From: Candidatus Eiseniibacteriota bacterium
GTDB taxonomy: Bacteria > Eisenbacteria > RBG-16-71-46 > DASYSL01
Length of the DNA stretch: 56,723 nt
NCBI GenBank assembly: GCA_035259005.1
Contig: DATFWU010000242.1
Span: forward strand, 1 to 56,723
Direction of reading: 5' to 3'
The notes under the pieces: model-generated
Databases searched by the model: none
What the model was told of the DNA's origin: nothing
What the model saw: only the letters and a program-made list of their open reading frames with translations
Made by a program: the position numbers and the translations under genes
Part shown: piece by piece, positions 28,604-38,176 of the stretch
How positions within the stretch are numbered: the first letter of the stretch is position 1
How the letters are laid out: each line of letters opens with the position of its first letter

Positions 28604-28633
28604 AGGATAGGATTCGCGGGGGGATTCCGTCAA
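28604..28633 (-). promoter_or_regulatory. Sigma70-like promoter TTGACG-N18-TATCCT
   Basis: Minus strand: -35 at 28633..28628 and -10 at 28609..28604, in the 200-nt gap between accA and the Trm112-like ORF. It leaves a leader of about 135 nt containing a GCCCT-CGC-AGGGC hairpin. Confidence 0.4.
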
Positions 28634-28665
28634 GTCGGAAGCACTCTTCTGGCGCGGCTCGACGC

Positions 28666-29670
28666 CTAAGCACCGCCCGTATAGACCCCCATCGACCGAT
28701 ATTTCTTGCGCCGTGCCGCCAGGATCTCTCCCGGTGCCATCGCGGACAGCCGCTCGAGATGACGCAGCACCGCCTGTTTCACGGTGGCGGCGACCGCCTC
28801 GGGATCGCGATGCGCGCCGCCCATGGGCTCGGGCAGCACTTCGTCCACCACGCGCAGGCGAAGCAGATCGTCGGCCGCCAGGCGAAGCGCGTCGGCGGCC
28901 TGCACGTTGCGCGAGCGATCGCGCCACAGAATCGAGGCGCAGCCCTCGGGCGAGATCACCGAATAGATCGAGTTCTCGAGCATGAGGACGACGTCGCCCA
29001 TGGCCACGGCGAGCGCGCCGCCGGAGCCGCCTTCTCCGGTCACCACCGTCACCATGGGCACCGGCAAGGAGGCCATCTCGCGCAGGTTCCTCGCGATGGC
29101 CTCGGCCTGCCCGCGCTCCTCCGCGCCGATTCCCGGATAGGCCCCCGCCGTGTCCACGAGGGTGAGGATGGGCACGCCGAAGCGGCCCGCGGTCTCCATC
29201 AAGCGAAGCGCCTTACGGTAACCCTCGGGATTGGCCATGCCGAAGCGGCGGGAAAGATTCTCCTTGGTGTCGCGCCCCTTCTGGTTTCCGACCACGAGCA
29301 GCGGGTGGCCGTCGATCCAGGCGAAGCCGCCGACCAGCGCCCTGTCATCGGCGAAGCCACGATCGCCGAAGAGCTCGAGCCAGCCCGTGGTCATGAGTCG
29401 CACGTAGTCGAGCGTGTAGGGACGGCGCGGATGGCGCGCCAGCTGCACGCGCTGGTAACGCGTGAGCGAAGAGAAGATCTGGCGGCGCATCTCCTCGGCC
29501 CGCCGCTCGAGCGAGGCGACCTCGCGGTGGACGTTCAGGTCGGCGGCGTCGGCCGATTGCTTGAGCTCCTCGATCTTCTGCTCGAGCTCGAGCAGCGGCT
29601 TCTCGAAGTCGAGATGGACTCCGGCCACGCCCTCTCCTTTCTTGCCTGCCGTCTTGCGCGCTCGCGCCAT
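28666..29670 (-). CDS. accA: Acetyl-CoA carboxylase carboxyltransferase alpha subunit
   Basis: 334 aa with typical AccA sequence: LDFEKPLLELEQKIEEL..., RHPRRPYTLDY, GFAWIDGHPLLVVGNQKG, FGMANPEGYRKALRLM. Confidence 0.95.
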   Translation of the reverse strand: MARARKTAGKKGEGVAGVHLDFEKPLLELEQKIEELKQSADAADLNVHREVASLERRAEEMRRQIFSSLTRYQRVQLARHPRRPYTLDYVRLMTTGWLELFGDRGFADDRALVGGFAWIDGHPLLVVGNQKGRDTKENLSRRFGMANPEGYRKALRLMETAGRFGVPILTLVDTAGAYPGIGAEERGQAEAIARNLREMASLPVPMVTVVTGEGGSGGALAVAMGDVVLMLENSIYSVISPEGCASILWRDRSRNVQAADALRLAADDLLRLRVVDEVLPEPMGGAHRDPEAVAATVKQAVLRHLERLSAMAPGEILAARRKKYRSMGVYTGGA

Positions 29671-29683
29671 GCCCGCCTTTCCG

Positions 29684-32600
29684 TTAGAGCCGCGGCGCCC
29701 AGCGCGCCGAGCCGGGGCCGAGAAGCGCGCTCAGGTTGGCCGTGAGGTCGTCGCCCGCGGCAACCCGGTACTTGCGGGAACGTAGCACGGTGCGCTTGCC
29801 GCCCTCCTCCACCACGTGGAGATAGACCGGAACCTCGCCCGCGTGCGAGGCCAGGATCTCGTCCAGGCGCGGGGCCAGTCCCTTGCCGAAGAGGTCGGCC
29901 TGCACCTCGACGTGGAGGGCGAACGCCTTGGCGCGCGCCTCCGCCCAGGAGCGGATCTCCCCGGCCACGAGCTTGGCCGTGTCGCCGTCGCGGCGCGAGA
30001 CCCGGCCCTTCACCCACAAGACGCGGTCGAGCTCGAGCACCGGGCGCTTCTCGGCGTAGAGATCGGCGAAGGCGAGGCACTCGACGCGTCCCGTGTCGTC
30101 CTCGAGCGTGAGGAAGGCCATGGTGTTGCCTTTGCGATCGGCCACCGTCTTCACCCCCGCGAGGATGCCGGCGGCCCGCACCTCGGTGCCTTCCGGGCGG
30201 CCGACCACGTGCGCGAGGCGCCCGCTCGTGAGATGGCGCAGCTCGTGCTCGAGAGCGGCCAGCGGATGCTCGCTGAAATAGAAGCCCAGGATCTCCTTCT
30301 CGCGCGCCGCCGTCTCCGACGCCGTCCACGGCGCGAGCGAAGGCAGTCGGAGAGTGTCGATCATGGGCTCGCGCGTGGCCCCCTCGAAGAGCATGGCCTG
30401 GCCGCTCTCCGCCAGGCGCGCCATCTGCTGGGCGCGCTCGAGCGCCAAGGGCACCGCGGCGAAGAGGGCGGAGCGCGGTCCGCCGAGCGAATCGCACGCA
30501 CCCGCCTGGACCAGCGATTCGAGCGCGCGGCGGTTCCAGGTCGACGTTCCCGTGCGCGCGCACAGATCGACGAGCGAGCTGAAGGCCCCGCCTGTCTCGC
30601 GCGCCGCCTCGAGGGCCGCGATCGCTCCCTTGCCCACATTCTTCACCGCGCCGAGCCCGTAGCGGATGGCCCCGCCTTCGACGCGGAAGCGCCAGTCGGA
30701 GGCGTTCACGTCCGCCGGGCGCACCGGGATGGCGAGCCGGCGGCACTCTTCGATCAAGGCCACCACACGATCCGAGTCGTTCATCTCCGAAGACAGGGTG
30801 GCGGCCAGGAACTCGGCGGGATGGTGGCGTTTGAGCCACGCCGTGCGGTAGGCGAGCATGGCGTAGGCCGCGGTGTGCGACTTGTTGAAGCCGTAGCCCG
30901 CGAAGAACGCCACCTGCTCGAAGAGCTTGCGCGCCTTGGCTTCCGAGAGACCGCGCTCCTTGGCGCCGCGCACGAAGTCGTTGCCCTGCGCCTTCATCAC
31001 CTCCGGATCTTTCTTGCCCATGGCGCGGCGCATGAGATCGGCGCGCCCGAGCGTGAAGCCCGCGATGGTGTGCGCGATCGCCATCACCTGCTCCTGGTAG
31101 ACGATCACGCCATAGGTGTCGCGCAGGATGGGCTCGAGCTCGGGGACCAGATACTCGGTCTTCTTGCGGCCGTGGCGGCGGTCGATGAAGTCGGGAATCA
31201 TGTCCGAGCCCAAGGGACCCGGCCGGTACAGGGCCACCACGGCCGAGATGTCCTCGAAGCCCTGCGGCTTGAGGCGCGCCAGCAGATCGCGCATGCCGCT
31301 CGACTCGAGCTGGAACACGCCCACGGTCTCGGCCCGTCCCAGCATCTCGAAGGTCGGCGCATCGTCCAGGCTCAGGCTGTCGAGATCGATGCGCACGCCC
31401 TTCTCGCGCGCGATCAAGCGCACCGCCTCGTCGAGCACGGTGATCGTGCGCAGGCCGAGGAAGTCCATCTTGAGGAGGCCGATCTTCTCGACCGAGCGCA
31501 TGTCGTACTGGGTGGTGATTTCGCCCTTGTTCGTGCGGTAGAGCGGCACGTAGTCGAGCAGCGGCCCGGGCGCGATGAGCACCCCGGCCGCGTGCACCGA
31601 GGCGTGGCGCGCCACGCCCTCCAGGCGGCGCGCGCAGCGCAGGAGCTTGGCGTAAGGCTCGCCCTTCTCGGCGAGGCCCTTCAAGTCGGGCGATTGCTCG
31701 AGCGCCTTGTCGAGCGTGACCCCGAGCCCGTCGGGCACCATCTTGGCGATGCGGTCGGTGTCGGCAAACGAGATCCCGAGCGTGCGCGCCGCGTCGCGCA
31801 GCGCCGCCTTGGCGCCCAGGGTTCCGAAGGTGATGATCTGGCTGACCGACTCCTTGCCATACTTCTGCACCACGTACTCGATGACCTCGCCGCGGCGCAG
31901 GTCCTCGAAGTCGAGGTCGATGTCGGGCAGGCTCACGCGCTCCGGATTGAGAAAGCGCTCGAAGAGGAGCCCGAAGCGGATGGGGTCGATGTCGGTGATG
32001 CGCAGCGCATAGGCCACGAGCGAGCCGGCGGCCGAGCCGCGCCCGGGCCCCACGCCGATGCCGCGCGAGCGCGCGAAGCGGATGAAGTCCCACACAATGA
32101 GGAAGTACGAGGCGAAGCCCAGCTTGGTGATGATCTCGAGCTCGGTCTGCTCGCGCGCCAGGATCTCGGGCGTGAGCGTGCCGTAGCGGCTCTCGAGCCC
32201 CTGGCGCGTGACGTGGCGCAGATAGACGTCGTCGCGCTCGAAGCCCTCGGGCAGCGGGAAGCGCGGCAGCTGCGGATCCATGGCGATCTGGATCTGCGAG
32301 CGCTCGGCGATGGCCCGGGTTTGCAGGAGCGCGCGCTCGAGCCCGGTGAAGCGCGCCTGCATCTCCTCGGCCGACGTGAAGTGGAAGCAGTTGGCGTCGA
32401 ACTTGAGACGCCCCGGATCGTCGAGGCGCTTGCCCGTGCCCACGGCGAGCAAGAGGTCGTGGGCCTCGGCGTCGTCGGCGTCGAGATAGTGGAAGTCCTG
32501 CGTGGCCACGAGCGGGATACCGGTCTCGCCCGACAGGCGCACCGCCTCGGCGAGCGCTCGCTCCTCGTCGGGCAAGCCGTGGCTCTGGATCTCGAGGAAA

Positions 32601-33142
32601 TAGTTCCCGGGGCCGAAGACCTCGCGGTACCAGAGCGCGGTCTCCTTGGCCACGTCGGGTCGCCCGTCGAGATGAAAGCGCGCCACCTCGCCCGAGAGAC
32701 ATCCGGAGAGCGCCACGAGCCCCTCATGATGGCGCTCGAGCAGCTCGCGATCGACGCGCGGCTTGTAATAGAAGCCTTCGAGATAGGCGAGCGAGGAGAG
32801 CTTCACCAGATTGCGGTAGCCCTGGTCGCTGGTGGCCAGGAGCACGAGATGGTACGTCGCGTCGTCGCGGCCGCGGTCGCTGCGGCTGCCGCGCGTGACG
32901 TAGGTCTCCATACCGAGGATGGGGTTCACGCCCTTCTTCTTGCAGGCGTCGTAGAACTCGACCGCGCCGAAGAGGCTTCCGTGGTCGGTAATGGCGAGAC
33001 CCGGCATGCCGAGGCGGGCGGCGCGCTCGACCATGCTGTCGATGCGTGTCGCTCCATCCAGAAGGCTGTAGTCGGAGTGGACGTGGAGGTGGACGAAATC
33101 CGCGTTGGGATTCGTCTTCGCTCCTGCCGTCGTCGGGGTCAT
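29684..33142 (-). CDS. dnaE: DNA polymerase III alpha subunit
   Basis: 1152 aa with a PHP domain start (FVHLHVHSDYSLLDGA), the palm/fingers region and an OB-fold. ATG at 33142. Confidence 0.95.
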   Translation of the reverse strand: MTPTTAGAKTNPNADFVHLHVHSDYSLLDGATRIDSMVERAARLGMPGLAITDHGSLFGAVEFYDACKKKGVNPILGMETYVTRGSRSDRGRDDATYHLVLLATSDQGYRNLVKLSSLAYLEGFYYKPRVDRELLERHHEGLVALSGCLSGEVARFHLDGRPDVAKETALWYREVFGPGNYFLEIQSHGLPDEERALAEAVRLSGETGIPLVATQDFHYLDADDAEAHDLLLAVGTGKRLDDPGRLKFDANCFHFTSAEEMQARFTGLERALLQTRAIAERSQIQIAMDPQLPRFPLPEGFERDDVYLRHVTRQGLESRYGTLTPEILAREQTELEIITKLGFASYFLIVWDFIRFARSRGIGVGPGRGSAAGSLVAYALRITDIDPIRFGLLFERFLNPERVSLPDIDLDFEDLRRGEVIEYVVQKYGKESVSQIITFGTLGAKAALRDAARTLGISFADTDRIAKMVPDGLGVTLDKALEQSPDLKGLAEKGEPYAKLLRCARRLEGVARHASVHAAGVLIAPGPLLDYVPLYRTNKGEITTQYDMRSVEKIGLLKMDFLGLRTITVLDEAVRLIAREKGVRIDLDSLSLDDAPTFEMLGRAETVGVFQLESSGMRDLLARLKPQGFEDISAVVALYRPGPLGSDMIPDFIDRRHGRKKTEYLVPELEPILRDTYGVIVYQEQVMAIAHTIAGFTLGRADLMRRAMGKKDPEVMKAQGNDFVRGAKERGLSEAKARKLFEQVAFFAGYGFNKSHTAAYAMLAYRTAWLKRHHPAEFLAATLSSEMNDSDRVVALIEECRRLAIPVRPADVNASDWRFRVEGGAIRYGLGAVKNVGKGAIAALEAARETGGAFSSLVDLCARTGTSTWNRRALESLVQAGACDSLGGPRSALFAAVPLALERAQQMARLAESGQAMLFEGATREPMIDTLRLPSLAPWTASETAAREKEILGFYFSEHPLAALEHELRHLTSGRLAHVVGRPEGTEVRAAGILAGVKTVADRKGNTMAFLTLEDDTGRVECLAFADLYAEKRPVLELDRVLWVKGRVSRRDGDTAKLVAGEIRSWAEARAKAFALHVEVQADLFGKGLAPRLDEILASHAGEVPVYLHVVEEGGKRTVLRSRKYRVAAGDDLTANLSALLGPGSARWAPRL

Positions 33143-33149
33143 CGCGTCC

Positions 33150-35030
33150 TCATGGCAGGCGGAAGCGTCCCTTCTTCGTCGTCGTGTTGTCGAGGCGGTC
33201 GGTCACCTGGAGCTCGTAGGTGTGCCAGCCCGGCTCGGCGCCGTGCGGGCGCCACGACAGCCGTCCGCCCTCGGGATCGTACTCGGCCGGCTCGAGCTTG
33301 CCGTCGATCACGAGATGAAAGCCCGAGGGATCGAGACCCGAGCGGGCATCGACCGCGGTCCATCGCACCTCGGGCGAGGGCAGCCTCGTGCCCGGCGCGG
33401 GCGGGCGGCGGGGGGCAAATACGCGCGCCTCCCCCACCCGGGGGCCGATCGTATCCCGTTCGACGGTGAAGGTCCCGAGATTCCTCGTCGCGCCCAGAAG
33501 AAATCTCGAATCGCTGGTGTCGACGCCGCCGACGAAATGCATCTCTCGGCCCGACAAGCGGAAGATGCCGGTGTGGCGCGCGGGCCAGCCCTCGGGCACC
33601 CGCAGGCGCACGCTCGCCGCATCGCCGAGCGGCATCCAGTCGGGCTCGACGTGATAGGCGGCCCCCGCTCCCGCGCCCCAGGTCTCGAGCGTCACCGTCT
33701 GACGGTCGAAGGCGCTGCCGTTGTCGAAGCGCAGAGCGAACTGGCCGTCGGCCGAGTGGAGCGTCTGGCTCCATCCCGGGGCCGCCTCGGCGACCACGAG
33801 GTGGCGCTGGGACGCGCCGGACGAGAGGTCGACCGTGCCCAAGAAGCTCGAATCGATGCCGAACACGCGCTCGCCCGTGGTGCTCGAGGGCGGAAGCGGC
33901 TCGGGAAGCGCGGGCGAGACGTCGACCCTAGCCCCGCTCGTCGAGCGCACGGCGAGCCCCTCGCGAAGCTCGTCCAGCTCGATGCCGCCGCCCCGCCCGC
34001 CGCGCCGAGACGGGCTCGCGCTCGCCGAGTCGGACCACACCAGGTTGATGCGGGTGCTCGTGCGATTGCCGGAAGCGTCCTCGCACGCGAGATCGAGCGT
34101 GTGCGCGCCGCTCGGGGCCGACCATGAAGGGCTCGAACGCTTGAGCGAGAGACACGCCAGGCGAGGCGGCGGCGTGAGCGCGTAGGCCGAGGTGTGACCG
34201 AGGTCGCGGGCCATCGGATCGAACACCACTTCGGCTTCCGTGGCGAAGAGCCACGACACCGAGTCGAAGCGCGCCTCGTACACCGGCGCTCCGTCGAGCG
34301 CGGCGCTCAGGAGGTAGATGCCGAGCTGGTTGGGGCGGGCCTGGGTGCGATCCCAGGCTTCCACGGCCGCGCGCACCGGACCGCGCACCACGATCGGACG
34401 CTCGAGCACCGCCCCCGCCGCCGTCTGGCGGAATGCATAGCGGCGCGCGCGGGCCTCGCCCTCGACTCGGCCCGCGGCCGTCGCGGGATAGAGCCAGATG
34501 GCCGCCAGCGTCGGCGCCACGACGTCCGGCGGCGCGAGACCGAATCGCCAGGGATTGAGGCCCGTGTCTCCTTCGCGAAGCTCGACGTGGAGATGCGGTG
34601 GCCCCGCTCCGCTTCCGCCCGACCAGGCCACGACGTCGCCGCGTCCGAAGTGAAAGCGCCTAGCCGGCGGGGTGAGATCCTGCTCGTACTTTCCGGTGGC
34701 CTGCTGCACGGAATCCACCCATGCCTGGAGCGGCGGCGCGAAGCCGTCGAGATGGCCGAAGACCGCCGTGCGCCCGTCAACCATATGGAAGTAGAGCGCG
34801 CGGCCGTAGCCCGAGCCCGAGGCGCGCACGCGCACGGCTTCGCCCTCGGCCGGGGCGTGTACGGGATATCCGATGGTTTCCTTTGTGGAGAGGTCGAGAC
34901 CGCCGTGGAAGTGGCGGCTCCTGTACTCGCCGAAGGTGGAGGTCGGCGCCACCGGAACGTCGAGTGGCCAGACGTACGTGGCGCCCACCGTCACCGTCAG
35001 GACGAGCTGCACGAAGCCTACGCTCAACAC
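33150..35030 (-). CDS. M23-family metallopeptidase with long C-terminal Ig-like region
   Basis: 626 aa with the HxxxD motif in RSRHFHGGLDL and the HxH motif in GPPHLHVEL. GTG start at 35030. Its stop is 8 nt upstream of the dnaE start. Confidence 0.8.
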   Translation of the reverse strand: MLSVGFVQLVLTVTVGATYVWPLDVPVAPTSTFGEYRSRHFHGGLDLSTKETIGYPVHAPAEGEAVRVRASGSGYGRALYFHMVDGRTAVFGHLDGFAPPLQAWVDSVQQATGKYEQDLTPPARRFHFGRGDVVAWSGGSGAGPPHLHVELREGDTGLNPWRFGLAPPDVVAPTLAAIWLYPATAAGRVEGEARARRYAFRQTAAGAVLERPIVVRGPVRAAVEAWDRTQARPNQLGIYLLSAALDGAPVYEARFDSVSWLFATEAEVVFDPMARDLGHTSAYALTPPPRLACLSLKRSSPSWSAPSGAHTLDLACEDASGNRTSTRINLVWSDSASASPSRRGGRGGGIELDELREGLAVRSTSGARVDVSPALPEPLPPSSTTGERVFGIDSSFLGTVDLSSGASQRHLVVAEAAPGWSQTLHSADGQFALRFDNGSAFDRQTVTLETWGAGAGAAYHVEPDWMPLGDAASVRLRVPEGWPARHTGIFRLSGREMHFVGGVDTSDSRFLLGATRNLGTFTVERDTIGPRVGEARVFAPRRPPAPGTRLPSPEVRWTAVDARSGLDPSGFHLVIDGKLEPAEYDPEGGRLSWRPHGAEPGWHTYELQVTDRLDNTTTKKGRFRLP

Positions 35031-35072
35031 GGCACGTCCCGCTCTCCCGGACGGACTACGGGCACGGAACGC

Positions 35073-35101
35073 AAACTAGCAATCGAGGGTGCGAAGGTCA
35101 A
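35073..35101 (-). promoter_or_regulatory. Sigma70-like promoter TTGACC-N17-TAGTTT
   Basis: Minus strand: -35 at 35101..35096 and -10 at 35078..35073, in the 78-nt gap upstream of the M23-dnaE-accA string. Confidence 0.4.
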
Positions 35102-35108
35102 CGAGCGG

Positions 35109-38039
35109 TCAGGGGACCAGCACGATCTTCTGCGACACGCTCTCGCCCGCGGAGCGCGCGGCGAGGAAATAAACGCCGGCTTCGAGCGCGCGGGCGCCGG
35201 GGCGCGGACTCCACGACGCGCTGCCCTGGGAGCCGAAGGTAAGCGCCGCGCTCGCGACGCGGCGGCCGGCCGGATCGAAGAGGCCGATCTCCAAGGCCGC
35301 GCCGGGTTTGCCGCGTGCCGTGAAGCGGAGGGCGCCGCCGAGGCGAATCGGATTGGTGGAGGCGGCGAGCGCGAGATGGCGCGCGCCCGGCCGCGGCTCG
35401 ACACCGATGGCGGGCAAGGTCACGTTGCCCTGCCGCAAGAAGGATCGCTTGGCCGTGAACCAGGCAAGGTGTGCGGCATCGTAGGTGTTGGGGCCAAGGT
35501 CCCAGCACGAGAAGCGATTGCTCCCGGCCAGGTACTCGGCGCGACCGTCGTGGTCGGGATCGCCGATGGTCGGGCCGCCGAGGATCGGACCGGGCGCCGT
35601 CCGGGGCCAGCCCGGCACCTCGGTGCCGTCGGCGCGCAGCAGGTGAGCCGAGCCGGAGGCATCGGTCGCCGCCACCTCGAGACTTCCGTCACCGGTCAGG
35701 GCGCCGATGACCGGCGAGCCTTCGACCTCGCCGCCCACGCTCACCGGCCAGCCGCTGAGCGCGGCACCGTTTCCGTGCCACGCGTACAACTTGGCGCTCG
35801 AAGATCCGATCACGATGTCGAGCTTGCCGTCGCCATCCAGATCGGCGAGAGCCGGCGCGCAGTGCACGGCCGCACCCGCGCTCACCGGGAAGCCGGGGAT
35901 CATCCCGCCGCCGAGGGTGAGCGCGTAAACCAATCCGTCGCTCGCGCCAACCACGATGTCGGGCTGCCCGTCGCCGTCAACGTCGCCCACGGCCGGTGCG
36001 GTGCTCGGCTGGCCGCCGAGCTTCACCGGCCAACCCGGGAAGACCGATCCGTCGCCGCGGTACACGGTCAACGCGGAATCGGTCGAGCCAATCACGATCT
36101 CGGCCAGGCCGTCGTGATCGAGATCGGCGAGCGCGGGGGCGGTGGTCACGCGCTTGGCGATCGGCCAGCCGGGCAGCTCGACGCCGCCACGGCTCACCAC
36201 GTGGAGCTGCTGCGGCGCGGTCGTCGCGAAGACGAGCTCGAACTCGGGCGTTTGGGCGACGTTGCCGATGGCCGGCCCTGTCTTGATCGAGCCGCCGAAC
36301 GACTTGGGCCATCCCGGCACTTCGCTGCCGTTCGACTTGAGCGCGTGCAGCATGCCGTCGCCCGTGCCCACGATGACCTCCGGCGCCCCGTCGAAGTCGA
36401 GGTCCCAGACCGCGGGGTCGGTGGTCACTGCAGCGCCCAGGAGTACCGGCCAGCCGGCGCGTGGCGCGCCCGACGCCCCGTCGACCGCGCTCACGAGTCC
36501 GTCCTGATCGCCGAACACGAGGGTCTCGGCCGAGCCGCCCCAGTCGACGAAGACGGGCGAGACGGCGATCGACGCGGCGTCGGCGACGAAGAAGGACGTG
36601 GGCGGGTCGGTGATCATGCGCCGCGCGTTCACCCGTCCCCCGCCGAGCTTCCCGGCGTAGAGAGGATTCACGCCGTCCACCGGATCGGCGGTGTCGTGCA
36701 AGCGCCAGCGCACCGTGTCGGGTGGCGCGAGCGCGAGCCCGTGCCCCTTTCGCCACGATTGATAGAGACCGACGATCCCGGTCACGAGAGGTGCGGCGAA
36801 CGAGGTGCCGCCGGGCTGCGTGTAGATGGGCGCGTAGTGATCCGAGCCCGTGGTCATGATGAGCGAGCCCGCCGCGCTCACGTCTACCCACGAGCCGAAG
36901 TTGGACACGGTCGTGCGCAGGTCGTTGGCGTCCAAGGCCGCGACGTCGACGCAGTCGCCGCGCTGCCCGAGATCGTTGAGCGGCGGCGTGTCGGTGCCCT
37001 CGTTGCCGGCCGCCACCACGACCGTGACCCCGTGCGCGAGCGCGTACGTGACCGCGGCGCCGAGACCGGATTGATCCGCATTCTGCCACGAGCAGTTGAT
37101 GACCGTGGCGCCATTGTCCACCGCGTACACGATGGCCTGCGCGCAGAACGACATGTCGACGACGCTGCCGGTCGAGGTCTCCCAGCCGGTGCGCAGCGGC
37201 ATGAGGCGGCAGTGATATCCCGCGCCCGCCACGCCGCTCAGGTTGTTGACCACGGCGCCCGCGATCCCGGCCACCGACGTTCCGTGGCCCGCGTAGTCGG
37301 CCGGATCGTTGTCGGGCGTGCTCACGTCCTCGCCGAAGGAGCCGACGACGCCGGTGACGAAGTCCCAGCCGCGCACGTCGTCGACGTAACCGTTGTGGTC
37401 GTCGTCGATGCCGTTGCCGGGAATCTCGCCGGGGTTGCGCCAGATGTTGGCGGCCAGGTCGGGATGCGACCATAGAACGCCCGTGTCCACGATGGCGAGC
37501 ACGATCGAGCTGTCGCCTTGGGTCAGGTCCCACGCCTCCGGCAGGTCGCTGTCCAAGTCGCTCGGCTGGTCGAACCCATATTGATATTGGAAGAGAGAGT
37601 CGTTGGGCACGGCGGCCACCGGCAGGATGGCGATCGGATCGGCGGCTTCCACGCCGGGCTCGGCGCGGAAGGCACCCAGCGCTGCGGCCAGCGAGATGCC
37701 AGCCGGCAGGTGCGCGACATAATAAGAGGAGAGATCCGGATCGTGCGCGGTCGGGAACTCGGGCTCGAGCCGGGTGACCTGATAGCGCGTGAGCAGCGCG
37801 TCGATCCCGGCCTGTCCTGTGCGCGCCGTGGTGGCGATCCTCGTCCGGTCGACGAGCCCTGCCCCACCGAGCTTCACCTCGAACTTGGTCGCGGCATAGG
37901 CGGGGCCCGACGAGGAGCCATCGTAGAGAGGAAGCGCGAGACGCACCGGAGCCTGAGCCCCCGACGGCATGGCCCAGCCCAATGCGAGCACGGCGATTCC
38001 GGGGGCGAGGCGGGGCAAGAGGCGCGGACGCAGGTGCAA
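35109..38039 (-). CDS. S8 subtilisin-family serine protease with FG-GAP repeats and T9SS-type C-terminal domain
   Basis: Catalytic triad contexts: AIVDTGV, GHGTSVAG, GGTSFAAP. Five FG-GAP-like units are present (DLDFDGAPEVIVGT, DLDHDGLAEIVIGS, DVDGDGQPDIVVGA, DLDGDGKLDIVIGS, DPDHDGRAEYLAGS). The C-terminus is ...LEIGLFDPAGRRV...AGVYFLAARS...KIVLVP. I prefer the TTG start at 38039 because it has GGAGA 6 nt upstream and gives the signal peptide LHLRPRLLPRLAPGIAVLALGWAMPSGAQA. The track start 38126 (TTG) coincides with a -35-like hexamer. Confidence 0.85.
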   Translation of the reverse strand: MHLRPRLLPRLAPGIAVLALGWAMPSGAQAPVRLALPLYDGSSSGPAYAATKFEVKLGGAGLVDRTRIATTARTGQAGIDALLTRYQVTRLEPEFPTAHDPDLSSYYVAHLPAGISLAAALGAFRAEPGVEAADPIAILPVAAVPNDSLFQYQYGFDQPSDLDSDLPEAWDLTQGDSSIVLAIVDTGVLWSHPDLAANIWRNPGEIPGNGIDDDHNGYVDDVRGWDFVTGVVGSFGEDVSTPDNDPADYAGHGTSVAGIAGAVVNNLSGVAGAGYHCRLMPLRTGWETSTGSVVDMSFCAQAIVYAVDNGATVINCSWQNADQSGLGAAVTYALAHGVTVVVAAGNEGTDTPPLNDLGQRGDCVDVAALDANDLRTTVSNFGSWVDVSAAGSLIMTTGSDHYAPIYTQPGGTSFAAPLVTGIVGLYQSWRKGHGLALAPPDTVRWRLHDTADPVDGVNPLYAGKLGGGRVNARRMITDPPTSFFVADAASIAVSPVFVDWGGSAETLVFGDQDGLVSAVDGASGAPRAGWPVLLGAAVTTDPAVWDLDFDGAPEVIVGTGDGMLHALKSNGSEVPGWPKSFGGSIKTGPAIGNVAQTPEFELVFATTAPQQLHVVSRGGVELPGWPIAKRVTTAPALADLDHDGLAEIVIGSTDSALTVYRGDGSVFPGWPVKLGGQPSTAPAVGDVDGDGQPDIVVGASDGLVYALTLGGGMIPGFPVSAGAAVHCAPALADLDGDGKLDIVIGSSSAKLYAWHGNGAALSGWPVSVGGEVEGSPVIGALTGDGSLEVAATDASGSAHLLRADGTEVPGWPRTAPGPILGGPTIGDPDHDGRAEYLAGSNRFSCWDLGPNTYDAAHLAWFTAKRSFLRQGNVTLPAIGVEPRPGARHLALAASTNPIRLGGALRFTARGKPGAALEIGLFDPAGRRVASAALTFGSQGSASWSPRPGARALEAGVYFLAARSAGESVSQKIVLVP

Positions 38040-38096
38040 AGGCGATCTCCACGAAGTGGGCTCGGGCACTCCCCGGAAGGCCCGAATCCGCCATCG

Positions 38097-38126
38097 AGCG
38101 TAACAACCGGCTCGCCGCGCGGTCAA
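38097..38126 (-). promoter_or_regulatory. Sigma70-like promoter TTGACC-N18-TACGCT
   Basis: Minus strand: -35 at 38126..38121 and -10 at 38102..38097, about 58 nt upstream of the preferred S8 start. It lies in the region divergent from pyrE. Confidence 0.35.
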
Positions 38127-38176
38127 CGCGACGAGCGCGCTTGACAGCGCCCCAGGGAGCCGCGAACGTGCCCGCC

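Noticed and set aside
33150-33450. The C-terminus of the 626-aa M23 peptidase as a seventh sorting CTD.
   Set aside because: The tail (…GWHTYELQVTDRLDNTTTKKGRFRLP) lacks the P(N/D)P start and the G(V/I)Y(F/L).R landmarks of the six CTDs. It looks like a different Ig-like domain.
24222-37475. Long antisense or alternate-frame ORFs: 24222..28355 plus, 29816..33469 plus, 29535..32702 minus, 34194..37475 plus, 35977..38259 minus, 38736..40529 minus.
   Set aside because: Each overlaps a confidently identified gene (C25 peptidase, dnaE, M23, S8, ExeA-like) and translates to Arg/Gly/His/Asp-rich sequence without motifs.
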